Shown here piece after piece: positions 1 to 14,600 of a DNA stretch of 64,000 nt; the stretch's first letter is position 1, and every line of letters starts with the position of its first letter. Source of the DNA: Lepidodermella squamata (Eukaryota > Animalia > Gastrotricha). The translations under genes and the position numbers were made by a program. The DNA is taken from assembly GCA_047495785.1 (NCBI GenBank), contig JBLDXI010000019.1, forward strand, positions 186,001 through 250,000. Direction: 5' to 3'. The notes below the pieces were generated by a model. The model saw only the letters and a list, made by a program, of their open reading frames with translations. It did no database searches and was not told where the DNA came from.

Positions 1-3000
1 ACATTATCTATTATTACCCAAGTTGTATCAGAATCATAAGGCGACCCCGGTGGGTCGCGGGGGTTGCGACTCTATGTTTGAGAAGCGCCTGTGTAATACT
101 AGCCCTGATTCATGAACCCTAAACAATTTCATACCATTTCGTTTTCATTAGACTGCTATAGCGCCGCTTCCTGCGGATGGAACTACGCCAGTATCAGTTT
201 GCTTCTCCAACGTTACTGCAAAAGGAGCCAAGAATATAATATCAAGCGGCGATGTCAAACCTCGTTTCGTGGCTCACAACTTGGATTTAGGTATGTTGGG
301 ACTTTCAATAAAACGCAAAAATCATGGCTTTTTTGTAGCAAGTTTCAGATTAGGAAAATACAACTTCTGGCAATTGACTGCAGGCACAGCCAGCGCGAAA
401 CCGCCAACGAAACCTCCATCTTGCCCGGGTTCAAATAGTGAGATTTTTTGGCCTCATTACGTTATAGTCAAGTTGGAAATTATTTCTTTCGATTTCAGTT
501 ACAAGATATTATACCCCAGAGCCGGATAGAAATTCAATCTCCCTTTCGGGCATCACTGCACTCTATCGTTATGAGACGTCTTTTGATAGTCTAGACCGTT
601 TGATAATGATCGGGCCGAAGGCATTTTTTCCTTCTCAAGTTGAACGCAAGGAATATGGATATCAGATGAATAGCCCGCTGAATGACTCTGTTGTTGGCCG
701 AGTCGAAGTCGGAGTGAGCCGTTTGAAGAGTTTTTGAGATGCAGCTGAATAATTAATTATTCCTTCCAGATACTTATTTTCAAGAATTGGCGAATCGAAA
801 GTGACTTGTTCTTCGTATATAACGCAAATTCGACTTACCCTGGCTGGTTCGCTTTTATGCTGGCTACGATTTACCCGATTTATTGTGAGCTTAGGCCCAG
901 TTACTGACATGATAAATTCATCTCGAATTTTCACCAGCCGTTAGCGCGAACAGTGATAAGTCAGTAACTTACTCCAACCTCTTTGATGGCGGATTCTCAC
1001 TTTGGCAAGAATTAAAACCAAATGGGAAGTTATATGTGAGGAGGGCTAGTGATGGAACTCTGCCAGACCCATCGACTCCCTCTTTTACGGGTTGCAGCAG
1101 TCTGTTTACGACTTCGGGCATATTGATGGTTCGATTCACTGCCCAAACCATCGATGATTACTTGACTGTGAGATGAACATCCTAAATTTGTTCATTAAAA
1201 TTGAAATTTCGCGCGATAGGTATCAATGACACCGATTGTTGGAAACTGCCTCATGACAGCATCTACTTGTTTCAGTAATTTATATATGCCAGGTTTACGC
1301 ACGACAGCTGAAACAAGTCAGGCAACCTTTCGCTTTGCAGGAGCGATTGGGACTGCCGGTATGTATGCTCCATTTACCCCCCTCTAACTCAATCTTTGTT
1401 TGAAATATTAGGCTACTCGTTTGTGAAGGATATGTTCAACTGGGGCCTGACTTATCCGTTGACTTCTTCGACTGAGTCTTCCTCATCAACTACCACCACT
1501 ACAACTACTGCTGCTCCTACAGTCTCGACTACTACATCAACTGAGGACCCAAGTACATCACCAACAACATTAACAGATGATATTAGTACCACCAGTTCAG
1601 CTGCCCCCACGACTACTACGACATCAAGCTCGTCGACAAGCACTACTTCAACTACAAGAACAGTTACCAAGTCAGATTCATCAAACTCAACTTCTGGATC
1701 GATAACCAAGCCATCTGCTAACACGACCTCAACGACCTCTACGACCCCGAAAACCTCAACTGTTGCATCGACTTCAACCACAAATTTCGGATCTACTTCA
1801 GCAAGAGAATCGACCACAACTACGATGTCGAGCTCATCATCTGCTACAACGCAATCACAAGCTGTAGTTACTTCAGCTATTATTCAATCAGCTTCCAGTT
1901 CTACACAGATACCTGGTACAACAACTGTCATCCAAACGACAGCAAGCGCTGGCGCATTGCTACTATCCATCGAAAATCTGAGTTCAATATCGGCTGATAA
2001 GCTGAGTGAAGGGGATCGATATCTCACCTATTTGATTCCTCCAGCTAGCGGGCTATCGAGCGCAGCATGGTCGGCTTGTTCCGCATCTTGCAGCTCGGGA
2101 GTGAAATGGCGACTGAAAGCTGACGGATCAAAAGAGTACCAACAATGCGACAACCCGACGCGTTGTCCAAGTTCAAGCGATGAACAACAGAAAGGCGTCG
2201 ATTTGCTTCTCAAACCTGTACCGAAAATCGATGAATACCTCAAGATTCGTCGATCGATCAAGAGTAACGTGGCAAAAAAGCTTAACTCAGTCTGTAGTGC
2301 AAACTACACGAAATGCTGCCCTGGTTACACTATTAATCAAGCACCTAACATAGACTATTGTAAAGCTGATGATATCATCGATTCGAACTATGCAAACACG
2401 TCGAAAAAAGAAAATGGGTGCTGCTTTCGCATAACATTCAGCATAAGCACCACGGCGACCAAGAAATTTTGCGAAGCAGGAGGGTCATTGAGTGCGCAAC
2501 GGCGTAGAAGGGCGGCAAGTGATCAATCCTCGATCCGGCAAACGGATTTTCAATCAGCAATAAGTGATGCAGATTTCCAGTCGACGATGCTCGCTGAAAT
2601 TGGTGGTGCATTTCAGTTCTCAACGTGTTTGCCCACCGTCAATACGTGCAGCAGTGAAGACACTGCACCTATCGTCAGTAAGGGTAGTAGCAGCAGCTCA
2701 ACCTCAGAGGTTAATTCGAACCCAAACTTGGGGGCTATAATTGGCGGGGTAGTTGGTGGTGTAGCTGCCATAGTGATCATTGGCGTTATCTCTTACTTCT
2801 TGTGCAAGAAAAATGCTGCCAAGAATGACGTGGAACCCATTCCTATCATGGATCCGCGAAGGCTGTCTACACCTGTCGGCGCGACATTAGGAAACTGGGA
2901 CGAAACGAATCCCTACTTTGACAAAACTTTCTCTGCTGCTATGAGAAATGATTCGGCGGCGCAAATGGGCCCAAAAAGCGCTCAGTCGATGTCCGCAGCT

Positions 3001-3069
3001 GGACAGCATGAGTTGCCGCCTATAACTTCTGAAATTGACCCTGATGGCCAGACCTTCCAGTCAAGTTAA
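1..3069 (+). CDS. 3' part of a multi-exon type I membrane protein with Ser/Thr mucin stalk, TSP1-like segment, TM helix and NPxF-containing tail (5' end outside window)
   Basis: Short GT-AG introns (~91/93-151, 291-338, ~438-498, 714-768, ~884-937, ~1168-1219, 1359-1411) join exons in frame into ORF 1396..3069. Protein has a T/S-rich stalk, WSACSASCSSG (TSP1-like), RRRR, TM GAIIGGVVGGVAAIVIIGVISYFLC and tail TNPYFD. Confidence 0.75.
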
Positions 3070-4563
3070 CTGATGAAGTTCAAATGAGCCGATGAAACAT
3101 TTCGTGACTACCGAATATCATACACTCTGATACGCCCAATAATATTACTGAAATAATTCTTATTAATTATGTAATTATGTCAATTATGGAGAAAAAGGCC
3201 AAACCGATTGCCTACTTCATCACCCTGAATGCTTTGTTACCCGGAGATCGAATTTGTAAGAACTGTAAGAATTGAATCTCAGAACTCTGCCCGTGGAAAA
3301 TATCGACAGGGCTTTGCAACAAATGCTCACTCGACCTCTGAACAATGATAATAGGCCATGATAATGTCTATCAACTAACCGACGGAAAGCTAATAGAGTT
3401 TTGTGATTTGTGAATACCTTTTTAACATTGGTTCAATCTGTTGAAATTAAACTTGGATCCCGGTAACCCATTGCCCTGTGAAGGTTGCATAATTTTCATA
3501 GCAGATACGCCAGGTACGTCTAAACTCAGAAAATCAGCATGGAAATTAACGCTCTTGCAGCATTCAGGCAAAATAATAACTCAAGTAGTTGTCGTCCGCG
3601 GTTAACTCTTTTCGAGAAACGAAAAGAGCTTTACCACATGTGGCGACTGAAATGCCTAACACCTAACATGAAGACTCACGGGCTGCGTTAGCTGCGTAGT
3701 AGCTGCGGCCACACTCCAGCATCAATTTAGGAGAGATTAGAGACGAGACAGCTCAACTTCCGAATGCTGAACAAGGGGTCAACATACCTACACGACTCAC
3801 AGTGGCATCAAAAAATTTATTGGTCTTGCCCCAGCATCGCCAGACGTTGCAATGAAGCGTCGGCGCTTTGTCTATCTCGGACCCGATCACTTACCGAAGT
3901 CTGGGACAATAGACAAATTCGCCTTCCCGGAAATGAGGCCCAATAAGCCATTTTATTGTTCAAGTTTAGGAATGTTTTGGAATCAATGATATTCAGCAAT
4001 CTGTGTTAGCCAGCCGATATCGGTTTGCGATTCGAGATTGGCCAATATGAAATCTAAACAGCTTTATACTGCAGAAATCGTCTTAGCTTCAATATCAGCC
4101 TCATTAGGGTTCATCTACTTCAGGATAGGACGGGTGATTGCATTCAACAGTTACTATGCGATTCTTGCGGTGAGAGGCAAAAACCCGAAAGAAATCGGGG
4201 GCGTGCCATGTAACATGTTGATCGTAAATAAAGTTGCGAAAAGCGAAAATGTTGATTGCCCATTTTGGCATTAATAAGCTTTTTTCCTAAATGCAATTCG
4301 ATGGGCAGCAGCCATAATAATATACTTTATATGTAAACACACGCGTCCGTTTTTCCATTGCCCATTACAGGATGCACGAAATTTACTGTGTAGAGCGAAA
4401 AAATCGATAGCCCTTATGGGAATATATATGCAAACTAACAGCCGCCTACATGTAGTAGAAGTATAAGCCTATTTCTCACATTTTTATACTATGCAGGGGT
4501 TTTATTTCTAGTCAGTTTCTCATTCTGATGATAGGGGAATCGTAATTTATAAGGGACATTACG

Positions 4564-5139
4564 ATGGCAGCGCCTGTGCCGATGTATGCAGTTCAAAACC
4601 CGGCACCCTACCCCCAGCAACAGCCGCCCGTAGCCCCTGGTTATCAAGTCACAACCTATCAACCAACGCCGATCGCAATCGCTGTTAATCACGAAAATGA
4701 CGCAGAAACCGCAGCTGTTGACCACTGCCGAACCGCTGCCATCGCACTGTCTTCAATCTCAATGTTATGCTGTGTGTCAAATTGGATATGCGCTTACCCA
4801 GCAATGATTTTGACTATGGCTCCCAAATGGAAGTCAGCCGAGTGGTCTAACAGTAGGGCGAAATGTTTTTACACAATTGCAGTCATCCTAGCAACAATTG
4901 CGCTGTTAGTGCCGATCGCCTACTCAATATTCGAAGGTGCGAGTGTCTACCGGAAGCTGGCGGAAGTTTTTTGGATGTTGGTAACGCCTTATCAAGAAAA
5001 GTTGACGCCAGTCCTCGCGGAAAATCAATCGCCCACCAGCACGCCGAAATCATCAGAGTTGAAGAACAATGCGCTAATGTTAGGTGCTAGCCACTTTTTG
5101 CAATTTTTATTAATTCTCCTGCCATATCTCACTCGATGA
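4564..5139 (+). CDS. CD225/dispanin (IFITM-like) membrane protein, paralogue 1, with extended GPI-signal-like C-terminus
   Basis: Pro/Tyr-rich N-terminus, Cys-rich hydrophobic segment SMLCCVSNWICAYPAMILTMAPKW, then RAKCFYTIAVILA TM; shares this motif with six ORFs at 31-38.7 kb; AATAAA at ~5184. Confidence 0.6.
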   Translation: MAAPVPMYAVQNPAPYPQQQPPVAPGYQVTTYQPTPIAIAVNHENDAETAAVDHCRTAAIALSSISMLCCVSNWICAYPAMILTMAPKWKSAEWSNSRAKCFYTIAVILATIALLVPIAYSIFEGASVYRKLAEVFWMLVTPYQEKLTPVLAENQSPTSTPKSSELKNNALMLGASHFLQFLLILLPYLTR

Positions 5140-5617
5140 CCGTTTCATTATTCAGTGCAATCGCTGGCTTTTAGATGTGGAAAAATAAATTGTTGAGTGC
5201 TCGCTTCTTGTTTGACTAAACTGTTTGACGTTATCGAGTGACAATTTATCCTGAAGTCAAGGTGTTAGAACCTGATGCAACAGCAGATGAGTTGAAAGCG
5301 TGAAAACCTTCGGGAAAAAATGAAACAAAAGGTGAGAAAGTAAATACGACTCGAGGTACCTGAATCATTCGATTTCACTGTAAGTAACAGGCGATTTTTT
5401 CCAGAGTTGCTAAGGACTAGCAATTTCACATAGAAAGAAGAATGCCTTTTAAACTGTTATTTCAATTTTGAGAAAGAACTCTGGTTCATTATTAGGAGAG
5501 TTACAGCATTTGGTTATCTTGTTTATGTAATAGTTTTTGATCAAGGTGTCTTGCCAATAATTGCAAGGTAACATTATCCAAAAACACCGAACATCGGTTG
5601 AAAACCGCCTTTATTAG

Positions 5618-8600
5618 ATGATCTGGCACAACTTGTGTGCCGCTCTGTTACTGGCGGTCATGATCCGCCAGTCGAACGCTATGTCTTACTGCCCACCTGA
5701 TTGGGTAGAAAACAATCATGCCTGTGTAAGTTGGATTTTTTCAAAGAAAATTATGAAGGTGAGCCGGGTTTTTCAAACAGCACTACTACAATCCGACCGC
5801 ATTGTCATTCGACGACGCTGATGCTGCTTGCAGTGCCATGATCCCAGGCGCCCGTCTTTCGGCCCCCCGTGACGCTAGCGAGTACAACTTTCTTGCCACC
5901 CTGCGCATCCAAACGTGAGGATTTGTCACATCTGCGCCTTAACTGTTTATCTTGGATTTCATTAGAACTGTGCCGACTTGGCTAGGGAGCAAGTTTCAAA
6001 GCGGAGGTTACAAGAGCATTGCAGGCTCAGACTATCCTTACGTGCTGCCCTGGGCAACAAACTTCCCATCCAGCATCGCCGGTAACTGTGCAGCCATACA
6101 ACAAGGGAGTTGGCAATGGATGAGCGCAAACTGCTCAATGGCCTACCCCAGTGTCTGCATGTTTTGTAAGTTCACTCCTGATTAGATACGATTAAAGGTA
6201 AACATGTGATTCTAGACACCCACATGCCCTCAATCACCCCTGAGGTGTTTGTAACCTTCAACCGCTTGCACGGCGCATTGGACTGGTCAACCTTGAGGAC
6301 CAACACCGCTCAAGACGGCCAGGTCTACAACGCCACCCTAACCGATGGTCCTACAAACGCCCCAGAATCGGCATTACAACTGTCACCAAACTTGAACAGC
6401 TACGTCGCCTTTGCCGATCCGAGCTATAACGATCAGATCAACTACAACAAGGGCGACTTCTTCTTCATGTTCTACATAAACCTGCCGACAGGTGCATCTG
6501 GGCCTATCATTCAATACGCTTGGAATACAACCTTTTTCGGGTTCAACATCTTCGCATTCGCGAATGGGTCGCTTCTTGTAGACCTCGTCGAGTCGAAACC
6601 ATCCGGACCAGCTCCAAGCAGCAAATTCCGAGTGCTTGTTCCGCCGACTTGCGTCCCTCGCGGCCAATGGACCTTTGTCACTGTCAACTACTTCTACACA
6701 TCAGCTGACGGTTTCGTCTTTGTCTGGAGCGGGGCGACCAACTCAACACCATGCGTCCAAGCAGCCGTCGGAAAAGTGAACGTTGAAATGTCGAAAGGTT
6801 TCTATGTCGGCCATCGAGATGGAGTAGCGGGCGATCCAACTCGGCCTGATCTCTACCTCGACGCGAAAATCGCTTGCTTAGTCTCTGGCACGTTCGCGCC
6901 GGTTCCGATCTTCTTTATCGGCGAGACTTCGTTATGGTGCCAACAGGCTCTGCAAGAAACCTTCATCGATCGCACGGTTGCTAGACGACAGGGTGTGAAA
7001 TTCGCTCGAGAACAGAATCTTATCGGATACTGGCCTATGAACAGCTACTATCGTGAACGCGAAGCAGCCGGCCGAATCTTCTCAAGCTTTTTGTCGAACG
7101 AAACTTTCGGATACGGCCCGCTGAATCAAACCAATGGTGAGTTCTGTTCTTTTTCAGCATTCAGCTTTCATCTTCGCGTTGTTTAAAGGGTCCCTGATCT
7201 TTGATGGAGTAACTTCGTACCTGTCATTGAACGATAACCCGAATCAAGATTCTCTTCGGGCGTCAATGAGCTTCGTCCGAAAAAGCTTCTCAGTCTCGAC
7301 TTACGTTCTGGTTCGTGGCAATGGGGGTCCACTCGTTAGCTTTAACCGTGATACAGCTAACATAAGTCAGGTAAGTATGCAACCTGACATAGTTGATCTC
7401 GTCATAAATGTTCCACCAGGTTACAAATATTAGAATAAATGGAACTTCCGTTCGAGTAATCCTACCCGGATATGGTGGTCTAGCGGTGTGGAAGGACATC
7501 GTTTTCTCAAGCTGTCTGACTGCTGAGAAATGGCAATTTCTCACTGTTGTTTTCGACTATCCAAACGGCGTGTTGAGTGTTTTCGTTGATGGAACACTCT
7601 GTGGAACGTCAGTAACAACTGGACAGGCTGACATCGAGGCGATGGAAAATATCTGGGTTGGACGCGTTGGTTCGGATTATTTCCGTGGGAAGATGAGCTG
7701 CTTCAGTCTCCACTCCGCGGTCCTGGCAGCTTCTGATATCAACAACTTGATTGCTAACTGCAAGGACGTAATCGCGAGTGGACAGCTTTACAGTAAGTTT
7801 AAAGTGTTGAGTCTTAAAATCATTCAAAACATTTGTTTTACAGAGGGACTTCTATACAAGCCACAACATTTGCGGTTGTTCCTTCCCATGGGCCGTGCCT
7901 ACGGTCTTCAAGATATCTCAGGTCGTAACATGCACGGAACCACTCGGGGCCGTCTCTCCACCTCGACTGGGCCACTCGGCCACCCCTTCTCCGCCACTAA
8001 ATTCAATAACGAGCCGTATTCTGGCATTGACATTCAAGCCACAGTTCGCGAAAATACTCATGCGATCTCAACTAATGACAGTGTCACCTATATGGGTTAC
8101 ATGTACATCTTCCCGAGGAGCGATGGATCACTCGCCAACGATTTCCAAGTCATTTTCGAACATTTCGAAAACGCCGGTCGCGGAGTGGCTTTCCTCATGT
8201 CAACCCCATGGCGGTTGTACTTCACAATGCAGGCCAAAAGCAGAGTCAACACAGCTGGTTTGTCGCCGATAGGAGTTGCCAATGCTACAAACAGCATGGC
8301 CAGATGGCGTTGGTTCGTATTCCGCTACAGCAAGGTAACACGGCGATTGACCATCAGAATTGACGATCGAGTGATTACCGACATGACGATTGGCTGGTTT
8401 TACATGAACACCTTCAGCCCGATGACAATAGGCTACCGGTGGGACGATACGGTCCGCCAGACTGGCCGCATGGCTTGTTTCATGATGTACGACACAGATT
8501 TGCGGGATCATGAGATCAACAAAGTCAGAGACTCTTGCCACGCTGCGATTTACCAAGCTCACGGACAGGTCGCTGATCCTAAACAGTGCCGATACACCAC

Positions 8601-11600
8601 AGCTGGCTGGGAGTATGTCGGCAATATTTCTTGGACGATCGGCGGCCGTAGATGTGCACCATGGACCAGCCAAAACGTCTATACGTCGAATGACCTGTTT
8701 TCTGACGGCAGTGTCGCGGCGGCCGGAAGCAATTGCCGGAACCCTGAGTTTAACCAAACAGCTCGAGCGTCACCCTGGTGCTACACCCAGGACCCCAACA
8801 CCCCATGGGAGTACTGCGCTGTGCCGATTTGCCCGCAATCTGACACAAACTGGCCATTCCATGAGCCAGAAAACCTGCTAGGCTTCTGGCCTTTGTCGCG
8901 AGTATTCGGAGGGGCTGATGTCAGTGGGGCTGACGCACATGTCGGTATGGGAGCTGATACCGGGTTCGTAGCGGGTCCGTCAGCTAATGGCAAGGCAACT
9001 TGGGTCGCAATTGCGAGAAACGCCTGGGGCGGTCATTTCTGGGCACAGCATAGCAGCCAGAGCAACTTTGCCGACCATCTTGACCTTGGAAATCGCGCGA
9101 CCACCTTCGCTTCGGGGTACTCGTACTCAATTTTCGCCCAGTATACACAGTCATACACCGGTTGCGGGGCTCTCTGGTCTTGGGAGACAAATAACGGTGA
9201 AGGTGGTGCAATTGGTCTTCAGTTCAGGTTCAGAACCAGTGGATTTTTCGAAATCTCTGTTACCCCGTTGAACGGTTTGTCAACAACCTTGTCCTGTTCC
9301 GGTCTTAACAACGCCCAGTGGTACCTTCTCACCCTGGTCTACAATCGCAATTTGAGGCAACTCATAATCTACCGCGACAACATTGCCTGCTCAACTTGGT
9401 CTTGGGTAAACTCCCCTCTTTTCAACGACGGTATCAGCACCAAGTCTGGCTCCTTCAAAATCGGCCGTGCAGCTACGTATGTCGGCTCAAATGTCAACGT
9501 GGCCTGTGCCTCGATCTACACCATACCTCTCAACGCAAATGACGCGATGGTCATTCGCCAAAAATGCGTCGAGTTACTGGCTGGGAACTACAACAATTTC
9601 CTATTAGAACCGCCAAAACCCATTGCGTTATGGCCGATGTCCGCCCATACTGGGGGTCTAAATACCCGAGGCTTGAACCACGCTCGATTCGCGATGTTGG
9701 AACCTGTTACAGGGTCGAATGGCGTTCCGTTCAGCGCCATGTCTTTCCCCGGCAATAACATGCAGTACTTTTGGGCGTTCCAAGACTATATTCAAAACTT
9801 GGACGTCTGCTCCCAAACTCGGTCATTCACCTTCTCGACCTATTCCAATGTCCGCGCCACTGGTATTGCCCTTGCCTTCCATACAAAGTCGTCAAGCCAA
9901 ATGGACGATAACAATCTTCTGGGCCGTGGTAACCAGTTGTCGATCGGCAGTACTGTAAATGATCTTCAATTCAGCATGAATGACGGGTCCAACTCATTCC
10001 CGGCAGCAAGGGCTGGGGCTCTTAATACAAACTGGGCCCACGTAGCAGTCTCTTACGACTACCCATCAGACAATTTCATCATGTTCGTGAATGGGACTTC
10101 GGTCTACAACCAGGTTGGGGTTCGAGCGATTACTTGCCAAACCTCTGGATCGCTGTCAATCGGTCGAGCTGCTATCTATCCAATCAGTTTAACCCTGACG
10201 GAGCCGAAACCATTCACCGGATCAATGCACTGCACCCAGTTGTACTCTAAAGGTCTACTGAATGAAGGATCTATTCAACGCTCGACTAAATACTGCTCCC
10301 ATCCGGACTTTATCGGATGTTACCCGAGTGGGCAGGCCGGTTCGACCGATTTCACGTTCAACCCTGGCAGTTGGTCGGCTGATTCGTTGACAATCACTAC
10401 CTGCCGTAGCTTGTGTGGTGATGCTGGCTTTCAGTATTCAGGCCTGAGAAACGGCAACATCTGCCTTTGCGGGAAAACCTTCGGTAGTGACGGGCCTGAA
10501 GTTCCGGAGCGATGCAACACCCCCTGCACTGGGAAATCTGGCGATGTTTGCGGCGGCTCGAATGCATTCAGCGTCTACCGTTCAACGAACATTCGAGTAA
10601 CGAAATCGCCGATGATTACGATTGCCGATTACGCTGGATGCCCCGTGGGATGGACATTGCGTAATCACCTCTGCTATCGCGTTTTTACCAATCGAGTCGA
10701 TCAGAACACGGCGGTGAGCTCGTGTGACTCTTACGGCGCTCAGTTGGCGTCCATTGCGGATTTCAATGAGAACGGCTTTCTCGCTGATATTGCGCCCAGT
10801 TCAATGTAAGTTGATCATCCTTGTATCAAGTATAATTGAAACTATTCAAAACCAGTCTGGCGGGTGACTACATCTGTCTCGGTATCAACGCGACTGTAGC
10901 CGGGCAGTACAAAGCCAGCAATATGGACGGCACCGCGAGCTTTTTCGGCAACTGGGCAAGTGGTCAGCCGGCCTACAATAACTACTGGGGCTGCATGTTG
11001 ATGAGCAACCGCCTCTGGTACGCACAGAACCCGCTCAGCCAACTGTACTACGCTTGCAAGAAACCCGCCGGTCCTTTCGAAGATTTCGTCTCCAACACGA
11101 AATGCATGCCGGGATGGCGCCGTTATAACGGGAAATGCTACCTGTTCTTCCGCGAACTCGTCAACTACCAAACAGCAAAAACCAGGTGCAACAACTACGT
11201 CCCACGGGCTGAGATTGTCAAAATCACCTCGCCGACTGAATACGACTTTTTGTTGAACATCACCGATCTGCAACGCCCCTTCTGGCTAGGCGCGACTTAT
11301 CGAGTGAACTCTAGGCGATTCGCATGGGATGTTGACAATTCGACTGTTGGTAGTGACGGATTCACGCAATGGGCTGGTGATGAAATTTTCGAAACCTCAA
11401 CCCGAGGCTGTGTCTATGCCGATTCAAGATCTCGCTACGACTGGAGAACCGCTGAATGTGACATGGCCAAACGATACGCCTACGTCTGCCAATATTCCCT
11501 GGCTAATTCAACGGTTGGGACGATTGGCTTCACATCAGGCCGAATCATCAATTCTCAACTGACTGCGGTTGGCGTTAATAATTCTATCCCGAGATTCGCC

Positions 11601-14600
11601 CGACTGAATGCTGATTCTGCGTGGTGTTACGACGGGGCCAAAGTTCCAACTGTGAGTTTGATTGTCGACCTGCGTGAGAATTACGTTCTCAACGAGATTT
11701 GGATGGAAGGCAGCCCCGAAGCTGCGGAATGGGTGACTGAAATCACCCTTGAATATTCAAGTGATTTCGGGGTGACCTGGAAGCTCTACTCATACAAAAC
11801 GGCGATTTTCAACAACGGAAGCAGTAATATAAGTTTAGGGCCATTTGCCACTGCCAAATCGACAATTCAGGCTAATTCGGATGCAGCTACGACAGTTCGC
11901 CATACATTTGAGTCGCCGATCACGGCAAATAAACTGCGAATTACCCCGACTAAGTTCAGCGGGCGGCCTTGTTTGCAACTTGAGTTTATCGGTTACATTC
12001 AAAGCGGCAAGTTCCGCAAGCTCGATCTTGCTTACAAACCAATTCGCTTTGAATTCGGCCGTATCGCTGGAACTTTCGTCCGATATACCGCCAGCTTGTT
12101 CCTGAACACAGCTAAAACTCGGCCGATTCAATTTGGGCTGACTGAACGCGTGACTGGACGGGACTATCTCTATCTCCCGCGAGTAGCTGGTTGGCAGAAA
12201 CTGGTCTTTGCCGGCATGGATGCTGAGGGGAATTCGCATGAGTTGGCGTATACGATGGTGACTGGCACGAGGGTTACAGCCATCCGCCTTAACATGTGCC
12301 CGATCGCGATTTTGTACGGGTCCTACGCTGTTTGTGAGGCTCGCGTCGTTGGCGGCACTGAGTTCGACGTCACAACTGATTACGGCTTTGACGATTACGG
12401 ACCAAGGCGACAAACATGTATGCTTCCACTTTCGTTATTAGATTCATAGTTAACATTTCTTAATGATTTATGTACCTAGCTGTCAGAGTTGAAGTTGGCA
12501 CCACGACCCCTCCAACTACAACAACCTCGACCGATAGCGCGAATTTCGTCTTTCTAATGCCGAATCAAGTCACGAAGACCAACATGACTGTCTACGCCAT
12601 CGAAGCTGAAATCGCGACTGCAGGCTGGGTTACAGTTCAGCTGTACCGCCCTTTCTGCGCCGCTGGGTCATACTTCTGCGCTGTTTGCCATTGCTGTTTG
12701 TCGACTAATACTACTGTCCAAACGCTGCCTTGTAGCATGCAGCGAGCTTTCGATTCTTACCAATGCGCGGCAACAACAACTAAGTCAACGTATGAATCCT
12801 GCGGCACGAAAGATTCCGATAGTAAAATGGATAGGACAGGCTACTTCACTGGTGTCAATCCTAAAATCGACTATCAGTTTGTTACTGAGTGGCGGAAGTA
12901 TTTTGCTGGTACCGGCATGCAAATCGTCTACCTCGAAGATTCAGAGGTCATGGAGATCACCATGGGCTTTGTTATCGCTTACTACAGATCTTCAACTGAT
13001 GGTGGTCGTGTTCAGCTCTATCAGAGCAATGCAATCAAAGAGTTCTCGTTTATGGATTCAACCATCGGATTTTCAAGCAGATCATCTTCGAGCTTTGTTG
13101 TCACCAAATCCACTGCATCGGTAATAATTTTTCAACGTTTTTCAAATTTATTCGAAAATTGCGTTTTCAGTCCACTTCGATTATGCACATGGTGAAATTG
13201 ATCGGTCAAAGCTCAGTTGGCATCGGTTTCGGTCGCAAATGGGGCGATAATAGCGGCGAAGGTCAACAAAATGTGCTCATCACGGTCAATGATCGCTTGT
13301 ACCCCGATAATATTCTAACTTTCTCCTATGCCATCGAAGTCCAATATGCTTGTCTCGGGTTTAAAACGGTTTTCCCAAGCGTTGGTATGTATCGAAATTT
13401 GGCAATGACTCAATTCTAAAAATTATAATTTTTCAGCTGATGGTGCCACGCGAGTTCCGTTCACCATTCCTCCCCATAATGGCTCTCGGTGCCAGTATTC
13501 TCTCGATTTCGGTGACGATTCAGCCCCCTACGTGTTCGATTACACAACCCGAAATAAAACAATTTTCCACGTCTACCGCCTGTTTGGATCCTACAATGTC
13601 ACTCTAACTTCGTGGAACTTGGTGTTCTCGCAGAGTGTTTATGACACAATCACAATCGTGTTCCCGATCTCGAAAATGTCGACTTATATGGCGAACCAGC
13701 CTGTCACGGAATTCGGATCTTGGACCTCAGCCGTTGTCACATATGCTCAAGGTATTTACACAACATAAACGTTCTCGAGATACTTGCAATTTCTATCATT
13801 TTCAAGCTTCAAGTACCAGCACAATCTTTAATTTGGATGCAAATGGGACATCTGGAGCCACCTTAACCCGATCATTCGCGCCATGTCCATCTGGCTGGTC
13901 TCAGGGCGCCTCATCGCTTGGAATCGATGCTTGCTATAGGTACTTCACGAGCACTCAACTGCAGTATGACAGAGCTGAATCTTACTGCGCATCACTTGGT
14001 GGATCTCTGGTTTACCCTGTCACTACAGCTGAATGGGATTTCTTGAAAACTGTCATGACAAGTAATTTCTTCACTAATCAGATTAGGATGTATCAGTGGA
14101 TTGGTTTAATTAGGTTCTGGAGGTCCAACTGATCGAGGACCATGGACAGGCTACTCGCAGCTGAAAGATAACTTCAAATTCTGGGTACCACAAGAAGAGA
14201 AACGAGCTCCGGCTACTCCATTTTGGCAAGAGACTTCCGGTCTCCATCCATTGGCGAATGGTGGGACTTGCTTGTTTTACGACTTCGCTTCTCGCAGGAT
14301 CCAAAATGACAATTGCACAGCTACAAGGCCATTCTTGTGCAAGCGCGAGGCGTCAAGTGAATTTTCCAGTCTTAAGGTGTATTTTTACTTCAATTATTGT
14401 TTTTCTTAGTTTCTTCGTTCTGTGGCTCCCCGGCCTGGCTCTATGATCCTATATCAAACCGCTGCTACAGGGTGTTCACTCCGACCGCAACCTACGTAAC
14501 TGCCGCTACCACCTGTCGTCAATTCGGCGGTCAGCTAGCTGTAGTCGAAAGCCAAACCACTTTCGACTTTGTTTCGAAAACATTGAAAAAGACGAACCCA

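Noticed and set aside
1452-1817. Val-rich minus-strand ORF (and similar shadow ORFs across the PKD1-like gene and 61204-61587)
   Set aside because: Antisense shadows of Thr/Ser-rich coding sequence or of tandem repeats.
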